The notes beneath the pieces are model-generated. The model did no database searches and was not told the DNA's origin. It saw only the letters and a list, made by a program, of their open reading frames with translations. From positions 512,120,001 to 512,184,000 of the forward strand of contig CM097882.1 in NCBI GenBank assembly GCA_044892505.1: a stretch of 64,000 nt of DNA, given 5' to 3'. Below, piece after piece: positions 1 to 11,862 of this stretch. The translations under genes were made by a program, and so were the position numbers. This DNA comes from Schmidtea nova (Eukaryota). Each line of letters starts with the position of its first letter. Position 1 is the stretch's first letter.

Positions 1-1030
1 AATGATATGTCTTTGTTTTATCAAATGATGCTGAATGAAGTTGAATTGTAATTAATGTTCGAGTAATAAGCTTTGGCAGATAAAAACCATCACAAAAGAT
101 GTTCTGCTTCTAGGGTTCTGCTAGTAAATGTTCTGTTAGTGCCTGTGTTTAGTTATTTTAGGAATTTGGCATTGAAATGTCTTTTTAAAGGGTTTTGGCA
201 AGGAAATGTCTTTGTTAAGGAATTTGGCAATGAAATGTCTTTGTTTAGTTTTTTTTTGGCAATGAATTGTCTTTGTTATGAATTTTAGCAATGAAATGTC
301 TTTGTTTAGTTTTTTGGCATTGAAATGTCTTTGTTATGAAATTTGGCAATGAAATGTCTTTGTTAAGGGTTTTGGCAATGAAATGTCTTTGTTTAGTTTT
401 TGGAATTGAAATGTCTTTGTTTAGTTTTTTGGTATTGAAATGTCTTTGTTATGAAATTTGGAAATGAAATGTCTTTGTTTAGTTTTTTGGCATTGAAATG
501 TCTTTGTTATGAAATTTGGCAATGAAATGTCTTTGTTTAGTTTTTGGCATTGAAATGTCTTTGTTATGAAATTTGGCAATGAAATGTCTTTGTTTAGTTT
601 TTGGCATTGAAATGTCTTTGTTTAGTTTTTTGGTATTGAAATGTCTTTGTTATGAAATTTGGCATTGAAATGTCTTTGTTTAGTTTTTGGCATTGAAATG
701 TCTTTGTTATGAAATTTGTCAATGAAATGTCTTTGTTTAGTTTTTTTGCATTGAAATGTCTTTGTTTAGTTTTTGGCATTGAAATGTCTTTGTTATGAAA
801 TTTGGCAATGAAATGTCTTTGTTTAGTTTTTGGCATTGAAATGTCTTTGTTTAGTTTTTTGGTATTGAAATGTCTTTGTTATGAAATTTGGCAATGAAAT
901 GTCTTTGTTTAGTTTTTGGCATTGAAATGTCTTTGTTTAGTTTTTGGCATTGAAATGTCTTTGTTTACGTTGCATGTGGATTGCAATGTCTTTGTTAATG
1001 TTGCACATGGATTGCAATGTCTTTGTTATG
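1..1030. repeat. Minisatellite of 27-29 bp units with core TGAAATGTCTTTGTT
   Basis: Two main variants, GAAATGTCTTTGTTATGAAATTTGGCAAT and GAAATGTCTTTGTTTAGTTTTTGGCATT, are interspersed over roughly 30 units. Units degenerate at both edges. Confidence 0.95.
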
Positions 1031-1065
1031 AGTTACCGATGACGTGACTTATTTATAAATTGAAA

Positions 1066-1119
1066 TGAGTTATCGATGAGTCATAAGGATGAGTCATCGA
1101 TGAGTCATCTATGAGTCAT
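1066..1119. repeat. Short tandem array of ATGAGTCA motifs
   Basis: gatgagtcataaggatgagtcatcgatgagtcatctatgagtcata contains four ATGAGTCA copies, preceded by a degenerate ATGAGTTA. Confidence 0.8.
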
Positions 1120-1132
1120 AAAAATAAAAAAT

Positions 1133-1394
1133 AAAATTTGTGTTAAAAAAAATTTGTGTTAAAAAAAAATTTGTGTTAAAAAAATTTGTGTTAAAAAAAA
1201 ATTTGTGTTAAAAAAATTTGTGTTAAAAAAAAATTGTGTTAAAAAAATTTGTGTTAAAAAAATTTGTGTTAAAAATATTTGTGTTAAAAATATTTGTTAA
1301 AAAAAAAATTTTGAAAAAAAAAATTTGTGTGTAAAAAATTTGTTAAAAAAAAATTTGAAAAAAAAAAATTTGTGTTAAAAAAAATTTTGAAAAA
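1133..1394. repeat. Low-complexity satellite (A6-9 TTTGTGTT)n
   Basis: Tandem aaaaaaatttgtgtt units with variable A-tract length. Confidence 0.9.
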
Positions 1395-1674
1395 AAAAAT
1401 TTGGCGCGAAAAAAAATTTTGAAAAAAAATTTTTGGCGCGAAAAAAAAATATTTGAAAAAAATTTTTGGCACGAAAAAAATTTGAAAAAAATTTTTGGCG
1501 CGAAAAAAAATTTTGAAAAAAAATTTTTGGCGCGAAAAAAAATTTGAAAAAAAAATTTTGGCGCGAAAAAAAATTTGAAAAAAATTTTTGGCGCGAAAAA
1601 AAATTTTGAAAAAAAAATTTTTGGCGCGAAAAAAAATTTGAAAATTTTTTTTTGGCGCGAATCCCCCCCCCCCC
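1395..1674. repeat. ~31-bp satellite with TTTGGCGCGAAA cores, ending in a poly-C tract
   Basis: Nine TTTGGC(G/A)CGAA cores are separated by A/T tracts and followed by a run of C at about 1663-1674. Confidence 0.9.
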
Positions 1675-2149
1675 TGGGGGCTCGGTAACTAAAAAGTCTT
1701 TGTTTGAATTTTCACGCCCACGCATTTCTTTGTGTTTGACTCCACACATCTACCTACTAAGGTCTTACGCTGCTAATCTATTATCATCTACTCTCAACTT
1801 CCCGAAAAAAATCGTATTTCTACTAAAGATTTAAGTCAGCTACCATTCTTGAATTTCGAAAAAACAAAAATAAAGCGATACATCGTAAAAAAATACAATT
1901 ATTTATAAAAATTCTCGGAAATCTCGTTTACTAAGTATAACTACTCAAAAACCCAAAAATCACCACTATGTCACTGCATAGCTATGTGCAAAAAAGTCTT
2001 GATCGCATTCGTCTTACGAAAATTTTAATTATGAAATTAAATCGCTATATGAGATACAAAATTTGTGTAAACTCCAAAATTATCGCTGAAAAATGCGCAA
2101 ACCTCAAAACCTATTGTTATGTAAAACTCAATAGACATTGTGCAAAACT

Positions 2150-3146
2150 CTAAAATTCTATCACTATATGCAACCTCAAAAATATTTGAAAAATTCTAAC
2201 TTCATGAAAATTAAATAGATTGGTCCACCGCCGTGTGAAGCTGCGGGGCTCCACGACGACGACTGACTCCCTCAGTGTGAACTACAGAGGAAGCATACTT
2301 ATATTTAAGAATAACAATTTTAAATAATAAATAATAAACATTATTGTGACCACTGAATAACAATTGACCCAACATATCCCATTAAAATAACACAAAAATA
2401 TCTGTTCAAAATCGATCCACACGTCTGGCGAAATCAAAACCAAATTTTTTCTCGCAGTAAATTATTACCGAAGTAAGTTTTGATTGTGAGTTTTCAGCAT
2501 CTATTTATACTAATTCTACTGACGCTTACATATTTTGTTATTTACATAATTTATTAACGATTTAAACTTACTTATTAGTTTTAATAAGTGAGCATTTATT
2601 TATCTTTCATAAATTTAACTTTATAATTTGATTTATTTATTTTCGAAAATATTTGTTTTTAATTCTATTAAATTAGGTGTGTATCTATTGTTTTATTGTG
2701 CATTTATTGATTAAAACAATTTAATTTTAAATCTATTTTCATTCCTATCTCTGTTAATTTTGCGATATTTCAATAGGGATTTATTCTATAATTTTTAATA
2801 AATTATTTTCTTTATTCTGATACTTATTTTATTCTTTGATCATGCTTTTCATAATCACTTTACAAGCACTGATCTTCCCCATTCAATTCTCGTGCGGTCC
2901 TTCGTGTGTAAATCCAACCTGCACTCAAATTATGTGCTCTCATTTGAGATGCCTCTTTTTTATCGCTTCCACCCTATCTTGACCGACTTATAAGATGCGG
3001 TTCGTATGACTACTATTGTACTTAACTGTTTTTATTTTCCCTTGCGTTATTTTACTGCTTAACGTCTTGTCCTGCGTTTCTCTTTGTATGTATTTAATTT
3101 TTAATAAATTTTAATTAAATTTATTTTCGATTTCACCAGCCCAACA
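2150..3146 (-). mobile_element. LTR-like relic sequence
   Basis: Minus-strand TGTTGGG starts at 3146 (TGTTGGGCTGGTGAAAT) and 2374 resemble the solo-LTR termini elsewhere in the window. The minus strand is purine-rich. Boundaries are not resolved. Confidence 0.35.
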
Positions 3147-3399
3147 ACACACCGGAGCCCGTTTAAATTGCGTCCCGCAATGTCATTAATTATACAACTT
3201 AAAATCTATTTCATCATTCTGTCATTCCTCTTTACATTGAAGGAAAATAAATTAGATTAAACCAATAAATATCAAAATTATAAGCATGAAAGAATCACTC
3301 AAGGTGTTCGGTTTATACATATAATCACAATAATTGTTATTGTTTAATGCAACTGTTAGTTCATTTGTTGGATCCTTCGACTCGTTGTGGGTTTGTTTT

Positions 3400-5274
3400 C
3401 ATCTGATGGGTTTATTTCATTGATCGTTTCCAATTTCATATTTGATTTGATTCTTGATTTCGGGTTATATCGATTTTGAGTCTCTCCTTTCTCAGGTGTA
3501 TCCAATTGTAGATTAATTTGGATGATTTCTGGTTTTCCTTTTTCTTGGTTGGACGGAGTGTTAGGTTTTTGACTGTTTTCTCTTTATTGTTCTTGTTTTT
3601 GAATGCTGTCCGCAATATTAGAGAGACGATTTTCAGGATACTAAGAGTGATGATTATGATGATGACAATGTTCCATCTTTTCAGTCGGTTTCTTTGGCTT
3701 TGATAACTCTTTATAGTCTCTTTGTTCTCCTTCGATAATCTTTCGGTTTCTTGGGTTTGATGGGTTTGGCTTTATTGCCTTCGTTTGGGATTGATCTCTC
3801 TTGGGTTTTTGTCATTGATTTGGTAGGTCTTCGTTTGATTTGTGATTGCTCATCGGTTTCTTATTTTGATTGGGTTGAATTCGGTGTTATCACTATTAAT
3901 TCCATAATAACGAATTGTTGGGATAACGAGTCAATTCTCCTTGATTCTCTTTGATACATATACATTGTCCATTTATTTACCATTACGGTTTTATTTACAC
4001 AAGTAATTTTCCAATTATTTTATACAGATGTTCCTGAACCCATTCTTTTTCACTACCTTCCTTTGTTGAAATTCACATTCTTGTTTTATTTTCTTCCGAT
4101 TGTTAGTCATTTCTCCAATATTCTAATTTTGTTCTTTGACGCATTTCTGTCTATTCTCATCCCATTTCCTGGCTGAAGCTTCTTTCTTCTCTTCATTTTC
4201 TTTACCCATTTTCATAAAGTTCACGTGGTTCTGGCAGTTGATTTTTTGGTCTCTTGCAGTACTTCATACTGTCTTTCTTTATATTTTAAGGCTTTATAAT
4301 ATGAAACCTTTAGAGGTAATAATATGGTTATACATTTGATTTACACTATCTATATATTGTCATATCCCGACCTCTATATCACGGCTGTTCTTTTTACTTC
4401 GTATTGACCAGTGTTTCTTAATTCCTTTAATTTCTTTTCGTATCAAATTTCGTTTGGCTTCATTTTCCATTAGCTCAATTGATCCGCTATTTCAAATACT
4501 TTTGTTTCGTCTGTCATATTGGTTTTTCGCTTTACTCTTACCTTGTCTGATGAGGTTTAATCTACCTTCGTATTCCGTTGTATTGATTAGTTTAATATAG
4601 TCTAATGTTAGGTTTTATTTTCTGGATCTCCTTTTTGGCCTGATTTACTCATTTTCCTTTGTGATTTTCTTTGTGACGTTGTTTTAATTTTTGTGGTCTG
4701 GGTTTACAATGGACGAGCTTGACGATTTCTTGATTTTTTGCTTTTTGTTTTTTGAAATACATATACATTGGGTTTACATATATCTGTTTCATTACTGGCA
4801 TTTGCCTCTCTCTGACTTCTTCTATGAATATTAATACCATATTGCTACGTATACGTTGAATTTGCTATTTACAATTTATCCACTTTGTTTCTTTCTACAC
4901 TTCACTCTTCACCACCTCATTGTTTGTGGTGAGAGCTTTTACGGTTTCTACATTGTTTGCGATCTCTACGTATTCTGTTGTCGATTCCTCATACTTTCGA
5001 TTTTCCTTTTCCTTCAATCGAGTTATTAGTTGAGTTTGACATCTGGTTATTATTTCTCTTTGTATAATGATTTCTTGTTGATAAGTGAGAGCTAATCGTA
5101 TCATATTAGTCAATTGTGTCTCTTGGCTTTTATTTTCATCCATCGACATTTTTTGTATTCTCTTGAGATTGTTTACTTGCTTTTCCAGCTTGTTGTTTCT
5201 ATCATTTTCACATTTGTTCACGTTCATTAACCGGTTTTTGTTTCCTTGATTTGCGTATTCCTTGTTGTTATGGT
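3400..5274 (-). pseudogene. Decayed K/E/Q-rich coiled-coil ORF remnants, probably retroelement-derived
   Basis: Short open segments (4895-5227, 4649-4840) lie among stops and frameshifts and have the same composition as 8255-9140. No diagnostic motif. Confidence 0.35.
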
Positions 5275-7746
5275 CTATTGTCGCCTGATAGTACTTCTTA
5301 GATAGTTTTTTATGAGCTTTAATTTGGAAAATGATCGTTCGCAGTTTGCAACAGTCACAGGCAAAGTCAACAGCAACATGTAAGCGGTGCAGACATTACT
5401 GAATGCAGATGATAAAGCATAATAATCTACAAGTAGCAGTTGGGCAATTTCGAATATGGTTGATTTGGTGGCTAAATTGGAATGAAAGCTTGCGCGAAAT
5501 GACAACAGTTGAGCTGGAAACGAAGGCGAAATATCGGTATCGTATTCTTTAGCTAATAATTCGGCCGCTGTATACAGTTCATCGTCGGAGGCAGTCAATA
5601 ATGTAGAAGGTAACAGAGCGCTAAACGTTGCAGCCAGTGAACTGAGGCTAAGAAATCGCAGTTTGATTTGTCTGCATGCTTTATCCACCGTAGCCAAAGA
5701 TACGTTCAATCTGAAACGTTTCTCAATTGACGCAAGTGGATCGTCGTGACATTGTTCATCATAAAGTCGTTTTGTATTTTTTAAACGCCGGTCTTCGAAG
5801 TGATCTTTAATTTTCCAAGCTGTGGCCATGCCAGCAGCAGTGTCGCGAATAGAATCGTACTCATTTCGCATGCGCGCTAATTTTTCATGTGATGTCTTGA
5901 TCAGATCATTAGCCTTAGTCAGGTCGCACTGCGGAGATTGAAGTAATTGTGAGGTGGCATGGGTTGCTTCCAAAATCTTATTCATCATTGCAAGAATAAA
6001 AACAAACTCAAAACATTCCATCTTCTTTTTGATCATGAGTGCATTTGCTACTTCATCATTCTTCTTGCTGGTCAGAATGATCCTTGTGAGGACTTTCAAA
6101 ATATCACCAAAGCGAAATCGCATGACAACGAGACAGTCATATATTGATGACCATCTGGTAGGACACAATCTTTTCAGTGTAAGTTTTGAACCCGATTCGC
6201 ATTCTAGTGACAACATAGACCACCGATGTATACTGTGATTAAAGAAAACGTAGATCTGTTCGAGAACACCAAAGAAATTCTTGACTTCAATAACGTCAGA
6301 AACAGCATCATTCAAAACAAGGTTTAAATTGTGAGCCGCGCAATGAACATAAGTAGCTTTCGGCTGCTTCGTGACTACGCGCGCCTGAACTCCCGAATAA
6401 ATACCACTCATAGTAGCCGCGCCGTCATAGCCTTGACCGCGCAGTTTGGTGAGTTCCAAATCATTATCTGTAATACATTTATTTACAAGAATGTCACACA
6501 GACCGCTAGCAGATGTATCATCAACCACCAAAAAACCCATAAATGACTCACAAATTTTCAACTTCATCGGTTTGCCTGCTTGGTCTGTTTCAATACAGAC
6601 GTAACGAATAACTTGACTAAGTTGGTCGATTTTACTGATATCTTGGGTAGTATCCACCATAATTGAGAAAAATGGCGCAGCTTTTACGTCTTTAAGTATG
6701 TCCTCCTTGATGCATCGAGCTACCATGGTAATCACTTCATTCTGTATGGTGGGACTGAGATACTTCACAGTACCTTGGGGCATTCTCAACAATTTTTCAA
6801 GGATGGGATCATACCTTGCAAGTAGGTTGATAACAGACAAGAAATTACCACAGTTTTCATTCCCGTTAGTTCCGACATCTTTTTCCCGGTGGCCTCTGAA
6901 TGCCAAATTCGCCCCAGCCAGCATAAGCGTGACGTTTACTATTCTGTCAAGAACTTGTCTCCAGTAGCTTGCTTCCTTCCTTATGCCATCTTCAATTTCC
7001 GCTGTCAATGTTCTGTTCATGCGCCACTGTTCAAGAACCATGCAACATTGTATGTGGTCGACGGATTTTTCATGAATATCCAGCACATATGTCAGATGAC
7101 CCCAGTCACGGAATCCTCTTACCCAAGACGCATCACGATTTTTCGAAAACAGCCAACATGCGTGGCAATATACGCAGTCGCCACTAGGTGAATAAGCTAG
7201 AGTAGTGCGTTTCAGTTTTACGCCTGCTTTATTGATTTTATTGTAAAACGATTCGGAGAAGCATCGTCCTTTCTGGCCGAGATCTCGTGGAAACGGACCA
7301 AGAGGTTGACATGGACCAAAGGAAATTATCAGCCGTTTCTGTTCATTTGACAAATGCTCTCCGAAATTTGCTTTGTCAGTGAGATGTTTTAAAGCAGTTC
7401 GTGCCTCCACAAAAGTGTCAATATTGCTCTGAGTTAAAGCTGAAGTAATTGAAGGGCCATATTTCTCATCGTCGGCGCCGTTTCCTAAATCTGGTGTCAA
7501 TATTTGATCATCCGCCGTAGATTCCACAGTGTCATTCTGCTCAGTGGCGACATCTATAGCCACCGCCATCTCTGAGTTGATCAAAGCTGAATTCGATTCA
7601 GTCACCATATCTGAAGTAGTCTTCGATATCGGTTTAATATCTACGGGCTTTAGAAATGCGTAAATTTTCGGCATTTTAGCGGCCTTCTGTTCTCGTTCCT
7701 CACGTGCTCGTCGCTTAGCAGCCCCACTTAAATATGACTTAGACAT
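5275..7746 (-). CDS. hAT transposase (ZMYM1/DUF4371-type), 823 aa, C-terminally truncated
   Basis: TTF-like zinc finger (YCHACWLF...IHEKSVDH), LAFRGH, GNF and YLSPTIQNE motifs. Catalytic motifs are IMVDTTQD, GYDGAATMSG and ERSFSKLK, with HCAAH and TRWSS also present. The ORF stops just after YLRSTI, where hAT proteins normally continue. Confidence 0.9.
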   Translation of the reverse strand: MSKSYLSGAAKRRAREEREQKAAKMPKIYAFLKPVDIKPISKTTSDMVTESNSALINSEMAVAIDVATEQNDTVESTADDQILTPDLGNGADDEKYGPSITSALTQSNIDTFVEARTALKHLTDKANFGEHLSNEQKRLIISFGPCQPLGPFPRDLGQKGRCFSESFYNKINKAGVKLKRTTLAYSPSGDCVYCHACWLFSKNRDASWVRGFRDWGHLTYVLDIHEKSVDHIQCCMVLEQWRMNRTLTAEIEDGIRKEASYWRQVLDRIVNVTLMLAGANLAFRGHREKDVGTNGNENCGNFLSVINLLARYDPILEKLLRMPQGTVKYLSPTIQNEVITMVARCIKEDILKDVKAAPFFSIMVDTTQDISKIDQLSQVIRYVCIETDQAGKPMKLKICESFMGFLVVDDTSASGLCDILVNKCITDNDLELTKLRGQGYDGAATMSGIYSGVQARVVTKQPKATYVHCAAHNLNLVLNDAVSDVIEVKNFFGVLEQIYVFFNHSIHRWSMLSLECESGSKLTLKRLCPTRWSSIYDCLVVMRFRFGDILKVLTRIILTSKKNDEVANALMIKKKMECFEFVFILAMMNKILEATHATSQLLQSPQCDLTKANDLIKTSHEKLARMRNEYDSIRDTAAGMATAWKIKDHFEDRRLKNTKRLYDEQCHDDPLASIEKRFRLNVSLATVDKACRQIKLRFLSLSSLAATFSALLPSTLLTASDDELYTAAELLAKEYDTDISPSFPAQLLSFRASFHSNLATKSTIFEIAQLLLVDYYALSSAFSNVCTAYMLLLTLPVTVANCERSFSKLKLIKNYLRSTIRRQ

Positions 7747-8254
7747 AGTTAAGGGTGTGCAGCCAATGCAATTATATAATATCCAACTAATTATACAATT
7801 ATTGTAAATCGATATACACTAAGCAATATTATTTTTACCCTTTTTACCGCATAGTAAATATCAACAAAACACTATGACCTCTGCCATGATGTCGTTATAC
7901 CGCTATTTTGAATCGAGTAGGCAAGTAAATTGGATTTGACGTTTTATTGATAAACAAGTCCGCATCACATTAATCGAAACCCCAACGTCACGTAAAGCAA
8001 ATAATTTAATAGATGAATGGGTGTGACATATGTGGTTTACAACTATATCCAATATAGATTCCTAATAATATTAAATGTATAAACCGTCCAAACTGTGGTT
8101 GCTGTCTTAATTAAAAACAAAACAAACGCCCAAGCGATGCTTGGTTTGATGACAATCGGGGAATTTATAATGCTCGAACGTATAAAATTTACTAATTTTT
8201 CGTCCTGGGCCCTTGTGCCTTGCACAACCTGCACAACCTATTGCTACGCCACTG
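5275..8254 (-). mobile_element. 3'-truncated hAT DNA transposon
   Basis: A 5' TIR CAGTGGCGTAGC at 8254-8243 (minus strand) precedes the transposase ORF. No matching 3' TIR or TSD was found. Confidence 0.8.
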
Positions 8255-9160
8255 CTTCTTTCGTTTCTTGTTGGTCTTTCTTTTCTTTTTTTCAGTTTGG
8301 TGTCTTTCTTCTACGTTTCTGGCTTGTTCTTTTATCCCCTCGCTTTCTGTCGTATCGTTTATTACTGACTGCTTGCTATCGTTATTTTTCGTGACAAGTT
8401 GATCTATTGTTATCTTTTCCATTTCTTCGATTATTTTGCTTTCAATTATGGTTTTTCTGTCCAGTTCTGTTTGATTCCTCGTTTCTTTTTTTCTTAGCAT
8501 ATTGATTATTGGTTTATTCTTTTCTTGTTGTCTTCCTAATTCTTCTATCTTTTGTGCACTATTACTTCTATTCGACATTTTCAACATATCTGATTTTAGT
8601 AGTTCTTCCTTTATCTTCTTCCAATGTTCCTCGTTGCCACCGGCCTGTTATCCTCCTAATTTACTCCATCTGAATTTTTCTTGACGGGCTTCTTTGGTTG
8701 TTAGCTTTTGTAGTTTTGATTGACAACTTGTCATCATGTTGATTCTCCCTGTTTTTCTTGCTAGTTCCTTTCCATTCTCTTTGAATTTCACGATTTCGTC
8801 CTTTTTACTTGTGACTGTTATTTGTTTGAGTACTTCTTCAAATTGTTCTTTTCGTTCCTGGAATCTTCCTTGTAATATACGAGCTTCATCCCCTTTTAGT
8901 TTGCTACTAAGTTCTTTCCTATTCTTGCCTCATCTAATTGCAGCTCTAGCCATTCTCGAAGTTGTTTCTGTTGTGGTGTTTCTTCTGTTAATGTTGGTTC
9001 AATGAATGTAAGTTTGTTGATTTTTGGTTGTTGCGTTATCCTTGTCATCCTTTTGATCACCTCATTTAGCCTTGAGATTTCTTCCAATTGCCTTATTTCT
9101 CTGTTTGTTCATGAAAACTGTAAAATGATTAACTTGCTTGATGTCGTTTATGGAATCACC
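8255..9160 (-). pseudogene. Decayed gag-like ORF downstream of a PBS-like TGGTGATTCC
   Basis: PBS-like TGGTG at about 9152 on the minus strand. Coiled-coil ORF pieces (8896-9087 and on to about 8255) include EEHWKKIKEELLK. Internal stops present. Confidence 0.45.
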
Positions 9161-9234
9161 AAAAACATGTTAGAGAGGATGATTGAGATAAGGTTAAATA
9201 ATAACATTTGGAAAAATCTCTTTTACTCGTAAGC

Positions 9235-10100
9235 TGACTCCAGATTTACAACCGAGCATTACGCTAGCACCGTCAGAACAGAATCCTATTAAATTCAGCT
9301 TTAAATAATTTGTATCAAATCAAGCAGAAATCAATATACTCAACAAACTTTACAAAATAGTTTTCTCATCTTGTGCTTCAAGTTCCACAATATCTACGAA
9401 TATTGTTGGGTATATTTCGGAAGATTCTACTATAGAAGATTCCATTGTAATGAAAACTATAAGCTTTGATTTATTGGTAAAGGTGGAAGCTTCATCAATA
9501 ATAATTATTCTCAAAAAGTGAACTAAACAATTCTTTTTTAGCTTCTTTTGCGATATGCTCCACTATGTTACTTGCACTATGTCGAGAATGAAGTCCAATT
9601 CCCATGTCCAAACCGTTTTACTTGAAGCTCAATTTTACTTTCTATGTCTAAAAACGTTCGGTTTCTTTTCTCTAGGCTTTAAACAGTGTTGAAGACTTTG
9701 ACAGTAGAATTAATAAATTTCACGTTCATCTTATTGTTACATATTGTAACAATTCACTTTTCAAGAATTTTGGTATGTTCAACAGCTAGTATGTGTGCTT
9801 TTGATACAAAATGTTTATTCATTTTTTCCTTAAAGATACTTGTTGCACTATTTTGTTTTTCCTCGACTTTACATTCTTTCCATTCATTAGATATTAAATT
9901 TGATTCCATTTTTAAACAATAATCACATACCAATTTCTGATTACCGACAAATAGGCCATCATACTTCATTTTAAACTCCTTCAACTGTTTCATATTTTAA
10001 CAGCTTGGTAAATTGTTAGTGTTGTTACTTTGGGAACTCGAAATCTCTAATATTTGTTCATGTAAAGCTGATGAATCCGCTTATATCTCTTGTATCACCT
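9235..10100 (-). pseudogene. hAT transposase remnant (KIAA1586-like)
   Basis: Minus-strand CDYC...NKHFVSKAH zinc finger, IIIDEAST (about 9500) and GFCSDGASVMLGCKSGV (about 9280-9240). Frameshifted and truncated. Confidence 0.75.
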
Positions 10101-11032
10101 GCTTTCATCAATTACTGATGTTTCTTGTCTTAATTCTTTTGAGAAATATGTAGTTAACGTATTTTGTCTCTTCGTCTTCAAAAAATAAAATAGGGATGAA
10201 AAATAAAATATGAAAGGTAAAACATGAAATTGGTTAATTGAACTTACCTTGGACAATATTTAAAAAATTTTCGTTATTATTACAAAGATAATAATTACAA
10301 AATTAATAATTACAAAAATAAATAATAAACAAATGTAGAAAACTGAACTTAACAAAACAATTAATAACTGACAAAAGAAATAGTTTTAACTTTTACTGAT
10401 AATCAAAATTAAAAATAATTGTTTTTAAATGACCTGAAAAATTCTTAGAAAGTAGTTTTCTTAGAAATTAAAAATTACAATCGCAATGAAAACTGGAAAA
10501 AATTTTGAAATTGTGTATAGAAATTTGCACTAAATACATTTAGAAAGTATTTTTTTCTGATTAATAGGCGGTTCGCACGAACCATTGCATTCACATCAAA
10601 GGGTACGCCTGAACCTTTGCGAACTTTAGGAAAGCATCCTGGGTTAGCTTTCGGATATATCAATATCAAAAGAAAATAGAATTGAAAATCTCAGCAAGCG
10701 TGGAAAATTTCACTGGATTTTATTACTTAGTTCCCGAATTCAGTAATTATGATTCGATAGTGGAATTATTTCTATATGGAATTTTTATGATTATCAAAGA
10801 AAAATATGAATGATATTCCTTGAGAAAATTGTATCGTTTTAAATTCAAAATTTTAAAGGTTATTTATGTTATGTTAATTTTATAAATAAAATTTTCGAAG
10901 ATTTTGGTTTTCTTTGATATTATTGTTAATTGTGTAATTATTCTTACTATTATTTTTAATCATTTCCATAAATACTATAAAAAGAATATGATTTACTTCA
11001 AAGCTAAAATTATAGCGATAAATGGAAAATTC

Positions 11033-11862
11033 TTAATGGATATAAGTTATAATCGAATTATTATGATTTTCTTTGATTAACGAAATCGAGCATTTCGATA
11101 ATGTATAATTTGGGAAAAGAAAAAAATTAAGAACGAAAAACATTATATTCCAATCTACAGATTTCGTCGTCTTGTTGTTGCACTTCGTTACGATATATCT
11201 TCCAATCAATAGATTGATTTGATCTGGTCTAAAAACTGACATGAAACTGATTTCATTGATAACATGGTTAATTCTTGCACGGTACAGCAAAGTTGATGCG
11301 GTTCCATTCTCGTTTGCTCCTCTCGCAATTATAGTAGAATACTTAATACCTAATCTCTCGAAAATGTCTATTTTTAGAAAGCTCGGTACAACTCTGTTCC
11401 CTCCAATTTCTGAGTTTGAGCACATAAAAAAATGTATCTTGAGAGTTTCTTGTCCTATAAATATCTGAATTTTGATAAAGACAATATGACTCATTTGGAA
11501 ATATTCTTTGGAATTCTTCAAAATTGTAGTTGACAATTGTATCGATATTTCAACATTTTTTACTATAAAGTTTTCAGAATCTTCACCTAAGTGCATTTTT
11601 GATATAATAAACAGCCGCCTTCCGTCAAAACAAAATTGTTGACTGTTGTTTTTACTGTTAACAAGAGCTCTATTTTAGTACGAATGCTTTTGTTCTCCAT
11701 TACTACATAGCACATGTAAAATGAACTATTGACTTTTATGTTGAAATTAGCGAAGTTTGATTTCAGGTTGACTACTCTTCCATCTTTCCCGACTTTATCG
11801 GTGATTGTACCGAGTTGTAGAGCAGATTCGATAATTGAAATAATTTGGAATGTTTCGGCCAT
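11033..11862 (-). pseudogene. Unidentified ~278-aa ORF split by a frameshift in an A5 run
   Basis: ORFs 11587-11862 and 11033-11596 overlap at CAAAAATGCACTTAG, and one extra A would fuse them. No recognisable domain. Confidence 0.4.

Noticed and set aside
150-1030. CRISPR-like constant core with variable intervening sequence
   Set aside because: The spacers are only about 13 nt and are themselves repeated variants. The context is eukaryotic and there are no cas genes, so this is a minisatellite.
1675-1684. TGGGGGCTCG matching the start of a tRNA-Pro PBS
   Set aside because: It is preceded by poly-C rather than an LTR end, and no gag follows.
73-1834. ORFs at 73-288, 594-836, 1284-1472, 1375-1749 and 1652-1834
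   Set aside because: These are translations of satellite DNA with low-complexity F/K-rich products.
4548-4575. CTGATGAG hammerhead-ribozyme core (also CTGATGA at 10068 and 46886)
   Set aside because: No stem II followed by GAAA in the required arrangement.
8192-8254. Apparent gag zinc knuckle CRLCKAQG at the end of ORF 8192-8587
   Set aside because: It arises from read-through into the hAT TIR and subterminal sequence (CAGTGGCGTAGC...TTGTGCAGGTTGTGCAAGG) and lacks the His and the last Cys.
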